DNA of 64,000 nucleotides from Takakia lepidozioides (lineage: Eukaryota > Plantae > Bryophyta): the NCBI GenBank assembly GCA_030704615.1, contig CM060731.1:62992001-63056000 (forward strand), in the 5' to 3' direction. The translations under genes and the position numbers were made by a program. Under the pieces are notes generated by a model. That model made no database searches, had not been told where the DNA came from, and was given only the letters and a program-made list of their open reading frames with translations. Positions within the stretch are counted from its first letter, which is position 1, and every line of letters begins with the position of its first letter. This document shows positions 24,758 to 38,385 of this stretch, piece after piece.

Positions 24758-27240
24758 CCTTTTGCCCATCTTCACATGCTTCCAGTTGATATCCTTGTCA
24801 AACTCAGGAGAAGCGGAAGAGGAGGGCCATGTGGTGTTGCCATTGAGGGGGGATTTCTCCAGGCCAGACACAATCTCCCGCTCCCGTGCATGTGCAAATG
24901 ACGTCGTTTCTGCCCCAAGTGCCCTTGAAGGAACTGATGAGGGCATGCTACATTTTTGGGTGTTTGACGATGCCTGCACGCACTTTTTCCCAAGCAAGTT
25001 TAGCTGCTATGGTAAGATCAAAAAATATGTTTGTGAGTGTAGCAGTGGCCGTGGAATTGACATTGTCCAAGGACCAGGAACATCTAGCTTTCCATAGATG
25101 CCATAGAGTGTATCTCCTCAAGGCTTCATAAACTGGACAGTCATTTGCTATGGATTTGGTAGTCCTGTTATAGTTGAGAAGTATTACCACCTGGTTGGAG
25201 GGGAATATTTCCCATGAAGCACTATAAAACGAGTCAATAAATGGATATAACAGACGAGGTGCCTGACAATGAATGAGGCAGTGTTCCAGTGTCTCGATGG
25301 TCCCTGATTGACAGTATGAGCAAAGCAAGGCCTCCGGGAAATTGAGAAAGTGCCCGACCTTGAGCACCCTGTTTGCTACCTGCCAAAGGAAGGCGCTGAT
25401 TGGCTGAGTAGGAGAAGAATCCTAATTTGGTGTCCCCAAATTTCCACTGCCACTCTCCAGGGTCTATTTGCAGATCCTGGAGAGGCATGCCACCAATCCA
25501 GGCAAAGGAGGCAGAGAGAAGCCAAGGAAAAGGGGGTGTTCTCTGTGGGGCAAAAGGGTTGAAATCTTTGGCAGGGGAGGACCACAAGCAGATTCTTGCC
25601 GGCAAGGCATCTATGCTGCAGAGAGTTTGGGTAGTGTTTGAGAAGAGTGTCAAGAACCTTGAAAAGGTATCTGCTTTGAATGCATAGCCAGTTAGTATGC
25701 CATGTTGCACCTCTGTAATGTACATTATCGAGTAGGGTTTTCCAGAAGCCACAACACAGTTATGAGGAGAATGCAAGGGCTGACCATTTCGCATGATCAG
25801 TTTCCAGGAGTCTGGGATATTTGTGACAATGGAGTTGATGCTGGATGCCAGCCTTCTTGTACCCAGGGCCGCTTGAAGGGATTCAGTGGAGCTTTCCCAC
25901 AGGTGGACAATCTGAGAGTATCCTCTGGTTTCCCACTTTGCCCACCTCCTGGCCTGAGTGCGTTGCAAGGGGGATGGAGTAGCCTCATTGAGAAAGAGGT
26001 GTTGCCTCATTGTCTCTTGGAAAGATGTAGGTTCTGATTTGAGTAGGAAGGGTCTAAATTTATTCCATGCTTCCCAGATTGATACCCAAAGGGGCGAACC
26101 AATGGATTTGTGTCTAAACCCTTGAGTTATCCACCTCATAGAGGGTCTCCATTGGGTGTGACTTAGTGGGGAGCTGAGTGAGATAGCCTGTCCAACCAGT
26201 AATTTCCACCATCCCCCCTCTGGCCCAAGGAACCTTGGTAACCATTTTCCCAAGAGTGCCAGGATTTGAGTTGCTAGATCGAGCACTCCCAGTCCTCTTT
26301 TTTTCTTTGGAAGGCAGATTTGCTTCCATGAGACCTGTGGCCTCTTGTTCTGGGTGGTCGATTGGGCACCCCAAATGAAGGGTTAAGATGATGAGATGCC
26401 AAACCTCGTCTATCTTGGTTGCTGTCTACCATATTGAAATCTCCTGCCAGTATCCAGGAGTGGGCTGTTGGTTGCAAGGACATTTTATGGTTGATGAGAG
26501 CCCAGAGTTCAGCACGTTCTACGTAGGAGTTTGGAGCGTAAATGTTAACAAAGCCAAGAGGGTCAGGTTGGCTGGGAAGTTTGAGAGAGCAGAACTGGAC
26601 TCGACCTAGCTCCCAAACTTCCTCCCTGATGATGAACTGAACTAAGGATGGTGCTAGGAGGATGGCAGTACCCCCCCTTGAGCCGGCATGGGAAGGTTTC
26701 CAGATGGCAGCAGATGCTGGCCAGAGTTGGTCAGAGAGGTTAGAGATTTTGTGCTGGCAGAGCTTGTGTTCTTGGATGAACACGACAGACTCCGTTCGTT
26801 GGAGTGGTGCCAACCAGGTGCGTAGCTTGATTTTTTTTTGTGTTTGACTGGTAAGAGCCAATCCCCCTAATGTTCCACGAGTGAATACTAACCAGCTGCA
26901 TCTTGAGGGATAGACAGGCTGAGAGGGAATTTCTCAATTGATGGCCTGGTGTGAGAGTATTGGAACTTAGTTCTTTTGTCGAAGGGAAGAGGGGATGAGA
27001 CCCATTTGTAGTTGATAGGTGCTATGGGTGCGGGGTTACTAAGCTGTATGAACAGGACTTGGGTGAAAGGGTTGAGCGGTTGGTGATGGTGGCAGTCGTT
27101 GGGAAGGGGCAAGAAACGAGCCGAGGAAACTGAGTCTGTATAGATCTTCGTGGGTGCCTCCATGAGTTGGAGGAAGAACTCGGAAAGGAGGATAAGGCCA
27201 AGGGAAGTTGGCGTTTCTGGAGAGAGGGTACCAACAGACA
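24758..27240 (-). mobile_element. L1 LINE ORF2 portion with APE endonuclease and C-terminal zinc finger; RT core deleted
   Basis: SWNIRG, IQEHK, GGTAILL, NIYAPN, ILAGDFN, then an abrupt jump (~26380) to post-RT LDLATQILALLGKWL and CSYCQSGTIETLEHCLIHC; no YADD region. Confidence 0.85.
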
Positions 27241-27362
27241 GTTCTAAATTAACTGTCTCGCCCTTGCTTATAAGCAGGACTGTACAAAATGGGTTCTAAG
27301 GACAGTAAGAGTCCTTAGCATAGCTCTCGTCTATGAGCTGCTGGCTTAATGGACACTGAGAT

Positions 27363-30300
27363 TCAGCTGGGCTCACTATCCGTATCCAAATAATCTTCCC
27401 CTTCACTACCCACATCTGCAATTTGCCTGGCGGTAATTACCAACCCTGGAATGTCTTCCTCATTAAAGGTAACTGCTCCTTCCAAAGAGACTGGTTCGGC
27501 CGTATCTGGTAGATTTTGTGGTTCCCTCAGACCCTCGTGGTCGGCATTCTCCCCTAGGTCCAGATCATGGACGTCGGCAACGACTCGTTTGGCCCGGGGG
27601 TCCTTGTGAAGAACCACCTTCCATCCCGGCGCATGGATGTCATCTGAAAAGAAAACTTGCTCAACTTGCGATGGGAAGATGAATGGCTCTTCATCTTGTG
27701 GTAGCATTTTTCTGAAATCAGCAAGGAGGAACCCGTACTCATCCCGTTTCATGGTGGCATTCTCTCCTACCATATTGGCTTTTACCCAAGAACAACGGAA
27801 TAGAATTGGCTTCACAAGACCATAGTCTAGTTTAAGGATCTCTTTGATCACTCCTACATATTGCACATGGCATGAAATTGGATTCCGATCTCGTGCACAG
27901 CTCCTACTCTCTTGTTCAAAAAATGATGCCACTCCGCTGTCATAAGTCACCAGGAGGCTGGTGTTGGCATCGTCCACTCTATAGTGATTGCCATATGCTT
28001 TCATTGACCGGTACGAAGTGGCAATCAGCCCTGGGGGGAATGACAGACTCACCATGCCCTCATCTGGGTCCTCGTTCTCTGATGCGTACACTGCAATTGC
28101 AGATCTGACCCACACTGTAAAGGGCTGCAGCTCCTCCATTGTTGTCGGGTACTCCACCGGGGATCTGCGCCTACGACCGCCCCTCCGCCATGCTTTTGCA
28201 AATGCTCTCCGTTCCGTTTTCAGGCGGACCTTCTCCGCTGCGTATTTTCTGGCAGAAACCAAATAGAAGCTGCAACTCAGTCCCCCTGACCAACACCGTA
28301 CTGTACATGCATGCCACATGTAGAGTGTGTCCTTTCAAGCACATTGTAGTGATGCAGCCTACTTCATGATCACTTGCAAGCAACAACACCAACTACGAAA
28401 CACCCTCTGTTGTCGTCTGAAGCACCCTGTTAGTACACGATCCCACTCCCATAGTGGCCGGAATGACTTGTGACAATATATATGTAATTCATGCATACAA
28501 AGACCATTAAGAATAGCACAGGAGGGATGTAAAGTTTACACCCACTGTCTCCATGGTGTCATGGTTGTTGTGTTGTTCAGCACATAATCATGTGCCACAT
28601 CCCGAAGGCGCGGGCTCATGGCACGCTTTGTTCCACCACCTTCTAGGACCTCGCCTACAACTCCTTCTTCCTCGTTCTCGTCCCACACTCGTCGTTGTAT
28701 TGCATCAAATGAAGACATATACTCTGTCATGAAGCCCAGGGCTTCGTCACGGATGTAGCCCTCCGCCATACTCCCCTCTGGCCGTGCCATGTTGCGTACA
28801 TACCCCTTCAGATCCTTCATGTACCTCTCCATGGGGTACATCCAACGGCTGGCTATGGGCCCACACACATGCAGCTCCTCTACAAGATGCACTAGCAAGT
28901 GCGTCATGACGTCAAAGAATGATGGAGGGAATTCTTTCTCCAGCAAACATAGGGTCACAGCCACATCCTCATGCAGCGATGTAATGTCCCTCGGATCCCA
29001 CACCTTTGCACAAATCTTCCTAAACACTCGACTTACACGCATTATGGCTGTTCGAGGATCGATAATGTATGGGTATGTGGTCACTGACTGTCTTGTGAAC
29101 AAACCTTTTTTTGTTCTGCCCATATTGTTTCTGACATGTGAGGAGAGGATCGTCTTCATGTACGGGAAGTAGACGTGAATGTGTGCATGCATTTTCTGGC
29201 CCATCTGCATGCTTTCCAGGAACAAAGACCAGTGGAATGGGGGGTGTCTCCAAAGGAGTAGGACCGAACGACACCTTTTTGTGCTTCCCTTGCTTTCCTT
29301 CTCACCGTTGTTCCATTCTCCCACCTGCCCAACAGCAGCACTCTCGAAGCAATAGCATGACATATGTTCGCACATGGTCTTCTTCACCAGTGAATGAGCT
29401 TTTATGCTACATGTACTGCCCCGACCACATTAACGTTGATCCCTGCAAGCACTTGGCAAGACACCCACAGAGCCGCAAATGTAGCAACCACCACAAACAC
29501 ATGTAACTGATTGTAGTGATACGGGAATAGCTCACTTGTAGAGGAATTGAACCTCCAGCCAAATGAATGGCTCTGCCCCTTGTAGCACAAGTGCGATGCA
29601 AAAACAAGGTGAGTACAAAATGAAGAAGCACTTACGAGGTCCCCATCCCTGGGATGGGCTCCCACTTCTGCTCTGGAACTGTGCAGGCCTGAGTAGCACC
29701 AAATTGCATGAATCCTAAGCCTGAATGTCAAATGCAGGTTTATGTCACGATGTAGCACGCCATCATCTTACCTGTAGTTTCCAGTTTCACTGGTGTCACA
29801 TTTGCCTTCAAGTCAACATCAAAATTAAGTCCACCTATGCGCAAATCGCAGAATCTCTCATGACACCATCTGCGTACCGAAAAACTGGTTTGGCATGATA
29901 TAATTGTAGTTCACAACCTTAATGAACGCTTTCAGCCTTTACCTCTCCGTGCGCTCCATCGTGCCTCCATCCAGCACATTCTGTAAATGTTGAATGACCA
30001 AGAACCCGATGTCACACCGTTATGAGAAGCCACTACGCGCGCTCACAGTATACGAAGGCCTTGCCGTGTCAGGATTTGCATTCCCACATCCCGCCATGTC
30101 CGACGCATCACTTGCATCCTTGCCAGACAGGCCAGGTGGAGGCAGCATGTATTAAAATATCTATTCCCCCAAGGCCACATTTTGTTTACCTCTTTTTGTG
30201 AAAGCCACGTCAGCAAATGTGCTGCCGAGTCATGGGTGCAATGAATGCGCAGTGGTTCATGGAGTCGTTGAGTCGACTACATATTCACTTTAATGAATAA

Positions 30301-33300
30301 ATATCTTTATTCCATTAATCGAATTAGGAATGAAAATTTGTAGTCGCATGTGCAGTAATTACAACCACTTGCAATTTTGGCTTTTTCAAATTTTGTCTGT
30401 TTCGACTCTCCAGTAGTCCCGTTTACTACCAAGTGGTTCCCGGAGTGGTCGCGGACATGCAGTCGATTCGAAAAAGACACGAATGCTTCTAGTGCTTCAT
30501 GGCTACCTGCCCTATCGATGGGGACCCATCCCCACTCTTAGGGAGAAAATTCAGTCCATTCTTCTGAAGTACTCACCCAACTATTCACTGCAGGCCCACA
30601 CAGTCATCACCTGGGGAGCCTACGTTGAACAGTATCCTGGCTTGGTTTCGGATCTTACTCGATCAACCCAGATTCTAGCATTAATCGAGGAAAAAACGCT
30701 GCTCGGAAATCACCCCCAAGGCAAGGGCCTCTGGATTCATCTCCCCCCCCTTCGACCAGCCCCCCCCACCAACTTGGCAACCATTCGAGCAAGAGACACC
30801 ATCCATTCTTCATTCACTCTCCTCCACGCAATGCTGGAAGCCGAGGTTCATGAACAGAATGAGGCCATCGAGCTTCGAAGGCTCACGGATCAGCAACAGC
30901 CTTCTTATAACCCCATCGGCCCCGACCCTCCCTTGTCTCCAGAAGCGCAATGGAGCCCAGCTCGCGCACACATGTCCACGACAAGCCTAACAAATCTACT
31001 CTCTCGGAATCGCAGCACCCGTCAGTTGAGAAGCAACCTTGTCCAGCATGTGCTTCCACTGCTCTCGCCCACGCCCCTTCCCTCTTAGTCACCCCCTCTT
31101 CATGTAAGCCTCTACCTTTACCCCATTCCCTTCTTGGTGTTCTCTCCCTCCTCTACCTAGCAGAATAGGTGTAAAAATTTGTGTCCTAAATCTGATGCCA
31201 GCTCAACAAGCAAAGTCTTACCATCTATAGCGGTCCCTGACAATCTCGTCGTACCCGGAATGCACACTGGCAAAATCTGCTGCATCATCACATGTAGATC
31301 ATGTGACTTCATCCCCGACCATTTCTTGTTTATGGCATGCTTTTGGAAAGCACCCGAGAATCCGGTTGGCACTTTCATGGCTCCCAATGTCTTCAAAAAT
31401 TCCTCTTGCTCTGATTTGGTCAGGACGTATGATGCTGCTGGCATGAGCACTTTGCCTGGTCTATTTGGATCATGCCTTAGCCATAGATGTGACCGTATCC
31501 CTTCAATCTCCATGTCCTTTCGTACGTTTATCGTATCCTTCTCCCCAAAGATAGTCTTCAGAATTTTCTCGCAGAAGTTCTTCTCACAATGCATGGGGTC
31601 CAGGAGGTACCGCTGCAAGAGGTTCTGAAATGCCAAATGTCCTCCCATGAGACCAAGTTCTATGGGCAAAAATAGTAGAATATGTGGCAGAAGTTGTCCA
31701 TGTTACTACATTCTGCTTTCAACAACTGCACGATCCTCTACACAGTGAGGTGTACGACTTCAACATCTACCGCATAGTAGTTACACTGACTTAGGAGTTG
31801 GTGGAAGGACTCCTGACAGTAAAGGTAATTCCAGGAAGCACAATGTGAAAGAAAGTGAGTGAATGGGGGGGGGGATTCATGCACCTTCCAGTATGGCAAA
31901 TCCCAAAGGATTGTCCGGCGCTTCACCCCGTGCAACATGGCTGGATCCGCACTACTTCCTTCTCTCCCTCCAATCTCCATGAATGCCTCTTTCTCCTTTG
32001 CAAATTGCAATGTCTCCTCCGGTGTCACAACATTTGGTGCCATTCTCTTTTCAACACATCCATTGAAGTGCCGGCCTGCTCGTCGGTAGGGGTGGTTTCT
32101 TGCAAGGTAACGTCGATGCCCCATGTATATTGTCTTCCCTAATGGTTTTGAGTGCCGTGAATCCACATAGGGCCCACAAATGGGGCACCCTTTGTAGCCC
32201 TTCGTCTTGCAACCCGCAACAAGGCCATATGCGGGGAAATCGTGGATTGACCACATGAGTATGGCACGGAGGGTGAAACTCCGTTGCCCTACTGGTTTCA
32301 AAATGTCGTAAGCTTCAACTCCAATCCATAGTTCCTGTAGCTCTTCAATCAATGGTTGCAAATACACATCTATGTTTGCATTTGTCACGGACTCCTTGCC
32401 TGGAATCAAGAGAGACAACATGACAAAGAATTTCTTTGTTGTCAACCATGGTGGCAGGTTGTATGCCACCAACTGCACGGGCCATGTGGACCATGTGCAA
32501 CTCTTTGATCCGTATGGGTTTACTCCATCCGTAGATACAGCCAATCGCACATTGCGTGGGTCCTCGGCGAAATCGGGCCAAGTTGCATCTATATGCTTCC
32601 ATGCAAGGGAATCTGGGACATGCCTTACCAAACCATCGTTTGAGGCATTCCTGGAATGCCAAGTCATGAGCTCACTAATGGTCTTGCATTTGTACATTCG
32701 TAATAGACGGGGGATAAGGGGAAAGTGCCTCAACACCTTGGCTGGCTGTTGTAACCTGCCCACATCATGGTATCGGGCTGAACCGCATTTGGGGCACTCC
32801 ATAGCGTCCTTGTACTCTCTTCTGAAAAGTACATGTCCTTTTGGACATGCATGTATTTTCACGTAGTTGAGGCCGAGCTTCCCAATCATTTTGTTGGCCA
32901 TGTGACAGCTTTTTGGCATTTCATTTGGTTGTGGAAGCAAGTTCAGCCGAAGCAAAGAGAACAACTCGTCCACAAAATGGTCTGACACATCGTGGGTTGT
33001 GCACAGGTTCATCAACAGCATGCTGGCAGCAAGCTTTGTGGATTTGCATCCCTCGTACATTGGCACACATGCTTCTTCTAGTGTCATGTGTGCAGAATTC
33101 TCATTTCCATCTCCACCTCCTTCCACGCCTTCCCCCACGTGAATGCCTTCATTTCCTGCGTCATCACCATCCCCAGTTGTCGCAGCGCCGTCCCCCTCTT
33201 CAGCATCGTCCATGATGTGGAATGCTTCCTGCAACATTCGAGTAATCTCCACCCCTCCGTCCATGCCTGGTTCCTGTCCTGCGCCCATGACATAGTCCTC

Positions 33301-33633
33301 GTCTGGCCTGTCTGTATGGCTCCCTCGGGGGTGTGCATTGTCCAATTGTGCCCACTCCTCATCGTCTTCGTCTGCAGGTCCATCTCCAATCCACACCCGA
33401 AATGCTTCATGTCTTTTGTGGTGAAGAAGATGTGTGCGCACACCGTCCTCAGATCTACTTGTAGTGCCCAAACAACGTTCACATGGGCATGGCATCCTTG
33501 AAAGCCCAAGGGTTCGGGCACGTGCCACTTCTCTTTCCCACAACCTGTCATCCCGGTTGTTCTGTCTACAGGGGTGATTAATTGGAAGTCCTCCGCATGG
33601 GCGAGGGGAACTCATTTTTGTTGGGGAACTCAA
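27363..33633 (-). pseudogene. CACTA TnpD-type transposase (exons ~33633-31885, 31625-31262, 29065-28545, 28257-27363), interrupted by a 2.2 kb insert
   Basis: CPCERC, IHACP..CPKC, RHFPLIPRL, STDGVNP, YNLPPW, HDFPAYG, DPMHCEKN, MKSHDLHV, FFDVMTHLLVHL, RWMYPMER, RPEGSMAEGY, YVGVIKEILKLDY, EPFIFPSQVEQVFF. Confidence 0.92.
29070..31255. other. ~2.2 kb insertion inside a TnpD exon, containing orphan ORF 30483-31088 (+)
   Basis: TnpD breaks after QQILPVC (~31262) and resumes at DPRTAIMRVSRVF (~29065), segments that are nearly contiguous in CACTA transposases. Confidence 0.7.
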
Positions 33634-34189
33634 GACAGACAGGAGAGAGAAGTGGGTCTATGGGCATATCAGAATTACAAGAGCACACCAAAAGACTGGA
33701 GATTTGTTCCATCTATGCACCTTCGGTACAGATGGTGAAGAGAGGCAAAGGCCGTGTGGGGAAGTACATACATCAACTCCCCCAACTGCACGAACTATTG
33801 GGCCCCTTGTTCTCTTCCATGGTATGCTCTGCCCCGATCCAAACACCCTAAATTCTCCATTGTTGCTACTACAGCCTGCTTTCATTCACATCAACAGCAT
33901 GTCAAGGGCGTCACAAGAACTTCCTATAGGAAATGTGACAGTTTATGGGAGAGGAGATATGTCAATCATATCTTCATTTACCAGGAAAGATGATAACCCC
34001 ATCCCCACCTCACAGCCAACAATCTCCACGACGCCAGACTTTCATATGTCAGCATGCACCTGTTTTGACCTTCTGGCAGGCTGGCCCACACCTTCGAAGT
34101 AACACAAACGGATATGACCTGGTCAAATTTCCCCTTTTCAGCCTCAACGACACTCCCTGTGCCCAGCTGTAGAAGAGGGCAAGCAGGTC

Positions 34190-34775
34190 TTCGGATATTC
34201 TCAGCAAGGGCATGGCAAAGATGCTCTGCAACTTTTCAACCAAGTTTTGAAACAGCAAGGGGTGAAGCCAAATGATGTTACACTCATTGCAGTTCTGTCT
34301 GCATGCAGCCATATGGGCCTAGTAGATGAAGGACAACACTATTTCCATTCTATGAGTAGAGATTATAGATTGTACTCATAAGACGTTGTATGCCGTAGCC
34401 TTGTGGCCATTGACCCTGCGCCCAGTTTGAGCGGGAACAAAAGGAACAGAACCTACCTCCGTCAGGGGCTGACGGTGGTAGTAAGACTTACCATCATATA
34501 AGGAATTAATCCGGGTTTTCCAGATATCCTCTAGAAAACCCTTCACACAAGCATCAATCTGTTGTGTGTGATAATAGAATCATTCCAACAGGAAAACATT
34601 TTGGCTGCATGGTTGACCTTCTTGGCCGTGCAGGGCGCTTGGATGAGGCGGAGAATTTCATCAACAGAATGCCAATTAAACCAGATGCTTTAGTGTGGGG
34701 CTTTACTTGGTGCCTGCAGAATACATGGCAATGTGAAGCTAGCAGAGCGTGCTGCAGAATGTTGTCTCAAAGGTG
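34190..34775 (+). pseudogene. PLS-class PPR / E-domain fragment inside the CACTA, disrupted by a LINE tail
   Basis: GHGKDALQLF..VKPNDVTLIAVLSACSHMGLVDEG..SMSRDY | [53 protein letters not shown]. Confidence 0.88.
34371..34569 (-). mobile_element. ~200-bp 5'-truncated RTE/RTEX-like LINE 3' end with ~9-bp TSD
   Basis: Reverse complement reads [31 protein letters not shown], matching 38270-38365; flanks gattataga / gataataga; removing it restores the PPR frame. Confidence 0.88.
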
Positions 34776-36029
34776 AAAAGTTTCAGATGCAGACATACGG
34801 TGTGACATTTCTGGTAGTCAGTGAAGGACCGAAAGTGAGGAAAGAGATATGTGTATCACGTCTGTGGGATTCCTAAAGGGCCACAAGGAGTAGAACAACA
34901 AACAAATAACCATAGAAGGGCCCACAAAGAGTCAGAGAACTACTCAAGGCTAATATCGGTTCATTGTTGCAACTGGCCCCACCATCTGACCTTGAATTTA
35001 TGTCGTCGGGAGCTTAAGGAACGAATGCCAAACTCGCCCCGAACAGCCACATTGGCTGTTTTGGAGCATGCTGACATGCACATGAAAACCGTGTCAAGGG
35101 CTTGGTGTCAATTGTGCTAAGAGATCAGCTAGTGAGTCGAGGTAACCCTCCCCGTGATTGTGAAAAAGAAGACATACCGAGTCATTTTCTTATCCAAGCA
35201 TATATTAACCATGATAGATGAGACCTTTAGTTTTTGGATGGATAATAGACAAGGCCGCTTTTAAGGACATTGACCATCCTACCAGGACTACCTCTCATTT
35301 GCTTGAAGCCTGGACTGCAATAAGACATTGAGGATATGAACTGTTCAAGCATTACAAAAAATGAAAGAAACAAAGAAACTGTATGATGTCCACTGGAGAT
35401 TACAGAACAAGCCTGCATAACAGGCCAACCAAATGTCAGTTGTGTGAATCACTACATCTAGTTGTCTGGAGGACTGTAAGTGGTTTAGGGTTTAACGTCT
35501 CAAAGTCGAAAAGGCCATAGTGTCGGATGCACGACACGTGTTCATATTTGAAATCAACAACGGCCGGATCTTCACCTTGAGCTCGGGGGGTGTGTGATCA
35601 CACTCCCCTCCTTGTCCTTCTTTCCTCCTTTGCATGTCTTGGTCTTCCTCGCTCGTCTTTGTCTTGCTCATGGTCTATGTCCTCGCTCGTCTTCATCTTT
35701 GTCATGGTCTATGTCCACGCCTAGTAAGAAGCGGTCGACCGCCGAGGCAGCATCACCTCCTCCCACTTGTGCACATTCCAGCCCCGCGGTGCGAAGGAGC
35801 CCCCGCCTGGCTCGACTGAATCTGGTACAGATGGCGTCGGTGCGAGAGGGAAGGCAGAGCAGTGGGCGGTCTTCCAGTTCGGCACCAGCGACTATAGCAT
35901 GGGCGACGACGATGAGGTGGAGGACAGTTCGGCGGAAATTGCACCTCCATCTGCAGAGTCTCTCCAAAAGGTGCGCAAACGGCACAAACCCGCTGCGCAT
36001 GAGGTGAGTTCTACCCCTACTTCTGTTCA

Positions 36030-37200
36030 TGTTCTATGGGCGTTGAGTTCTCCTGAAACTGAAACTGGGATGCACATATCCATAAAGTTGTTCAATCGGA
36101 TCTCGTAGTATAGAGGGCAGTAGAAGAAGAAGTGTTCTTCAGTTTCAATTTCCTTGCTGCGCCCTATGCAAGCTGGACATAGGCGGTCCTCCCGTTGCAG
36201 GTTTTCCCATCTGCCAGTCTCTATCCGTAGGTTGTGGGAACCCACCCTGAACTGCCCCAATGCCCTCAGGAGGGAAGGAGCTAAGGGTGCTGAAAGGTAA
36301 TTTGGTCTCAAGATTCTATCATCGCGGAGCACCAAGAATGTCTCTCGATAGAAGTGGAGCTTTGTTGTGAGATTGGGTAGCATCCAAGTTCTCTTCACAT
36401 GTAATTCCATAAGCTCTCTCCGAATGAGTCTGTTGCGGTCATGTGTGGATGTGATGTCCACCTCATCTGGGTTCATTGGTAATAGGAAAGTAGTAGAAAG
36501 TCCGTTACGTTGAAATAAACTGTCCACTCGAGCATACCAGGAGTTCCCGAAACCTGCAGCTTTGAGCCTCATAGATGTTGTGAGGGCCCTTGCCACTAGC
36601 CCTTTGGGTGGAAGGGCCTGCAATCTATTCCTCACAGATTGTAAGCCTGAACTGTGCCTCGGATTGCAATGGTACACATGCGAACTCTGCACCTAGGATC
36701 TGAGAGGGAGTTGTGCTCCTGGCGCCAAGCATTGCTTGGAGAAAAGATGACTGTAATGGTTCCAAAATCTTTTCCCACCAGGAGACAGGGACACCAGGTG
36801 CCCAGAACTCACAACCATAGATGGTAGCAGGGCTGACGACGGTGTCAAACAGACACTTTTTGGTCGGGGGATGCCGCACATGTATTTGCTTGCATTTGGC
36901 GTGAAGGCGGACGGAGGCCGCCTTACCTTTAGTCAATCTGTCCAAGGCAGTGGCTGCAAAGTGAAACTTGGGGGAGTGGATAACCAGACCTAGGTACCGG
37001 TATGATTTGACAATCTCAATTTCCTGCTGGTTGAAGATGAATCTACGATCAGCCTGGCCATTGAAGACCATGATCTTGGTCTTGCTAAGATTGACTTGCA
37101 TCCCATAGTCTTTGCAGAACTGTTCCAAAATTTAGAGATGGCGTTGCAGAAAGACCGGGGATTGTGCCAAAAGGGCAACATCATCAGCGTAGAGGAGATG
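36030..37200 (-). mobile_element. 5'-truncated RTE/RTEX-like LINE (RT C-terminal half plus zinc-finger tail)
   Basis: LLYADDVAL, VNLSKTKIMVF, YRYLG, YGCEFW, FRVGSHNLRIETGRW..RLCPAC..ETEEHFFFYCP. Confidence 0.88.
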
Positions 37201-38385
37201 TGATTGGGCAGAAAATGAAGTTAGGCAGAAATGTGCAGTGGTAGCAATCAACGACAGAGGAGAGGGAGGAAGTGATCTTAAGTGGCAGTGGGGTAGCCAA
37301 GAGATCTCGGTCCTCCCTTCCTACACTTACCTAGGCGTTGAGTTTTCCTCCAATTGTAATTGGGATGCACATATACGGAAAGTTGTTCAAACTGGCAAGG
37401 GCAAAGCTCTGGGGCTCACTAAATTTTCCACTGCAGAGGGGTCATCTCTGAGGTTAAGAAAACCATGCTTTGTCGCGTTATTAGACCTGCCTTGGAGTAC
37501 GGATCTGCTATATGGGTTGATAACTCCAACCAGGCTAAGTCTCTAGAATCCATTCAAGTGGGGGTGCTTAAGGAGTGTATGTCAGCATGGAGAAAACAGC
37601 CAATGTGGCTGTTCGGGGGTGAGTTTGGCATCCCATCCTTAAGCTCCCGACGAGATGAATTCAAGGTCAGATGGTGGGGTCAGCTGCAACATATGCCCAA
37701 CACCAGATATCCTAAGTTGATCGACTCTAAATCTTGGAAACAGGACCGCCCTGTCAAACAGACTAAGTCCTGGCAGAAGAGAGTAGAAAAGATTCTCAAG
37801 GACCTGGACCTGGATCCGCAAGTCTTGACCCTGCTGGATAAATCTGCCTTACAGGCTGTAGTGTCTGAAGCCATGTCTGTTGCCATGAGATTGTCTGATG
37901 AAAATGAAGTTAGGCAGAGAACTTCCCTGAACTTGTTTCCAGTCAGTGACATGGGGGTGGACATCTTGGATGACCTGAAGGGTCCACCCACTCTCGGCAC
38001 TAGACTGAAATTTAAACTCAGGGCAGGAAGCCTACCTTTGAACAGCAAACAGAAGCAGATCGGAAAGGGAGAGTGCAATTGTCCGTTGTGTGGGCAATCT
38101 GAAGACAGTATTCATTTTCTGATACGCTGTCCGGGGTTCTCTCACCAAAGAGACGCTCTCTTCAATTCTATCAAGGGAATTGTGCCTGTACCCCTGTTTA
38201 CCAACTTTGAAAGACTCGAGGCTGAGCCAAAAGCCCAGGCCCTCCTGAGGCCTAGTTTTTGGGCAAATCACACACAGCAGATTGATGCTTGTGTGAAGGG
38301 ATTTCTAGAGGATATCTGGAAAACCCGGATCAATGCTTTATACGAAGGTAAGTCTTACTACCAACGTCATAGGGTCATTGTCTGA
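37201..38385 (+). mobile_element. 5'-truncated RTE/RTEX-like LINE of a second family (related to the short tails at 324, 491, 7037 and 34371)
   Basis: YTYLGVEF, VIRPALEYGSAIW, KLRAGSLPLN..CPLCGQSEDSIHFLIRCP. Confidence 0.85.

Noticed and set aside
27374-27380. cacta as the left CACTA terminus
   Set aside because: Lies inside the transposase coding end, does not match CACTAGAAG and lacks the AAG TSD
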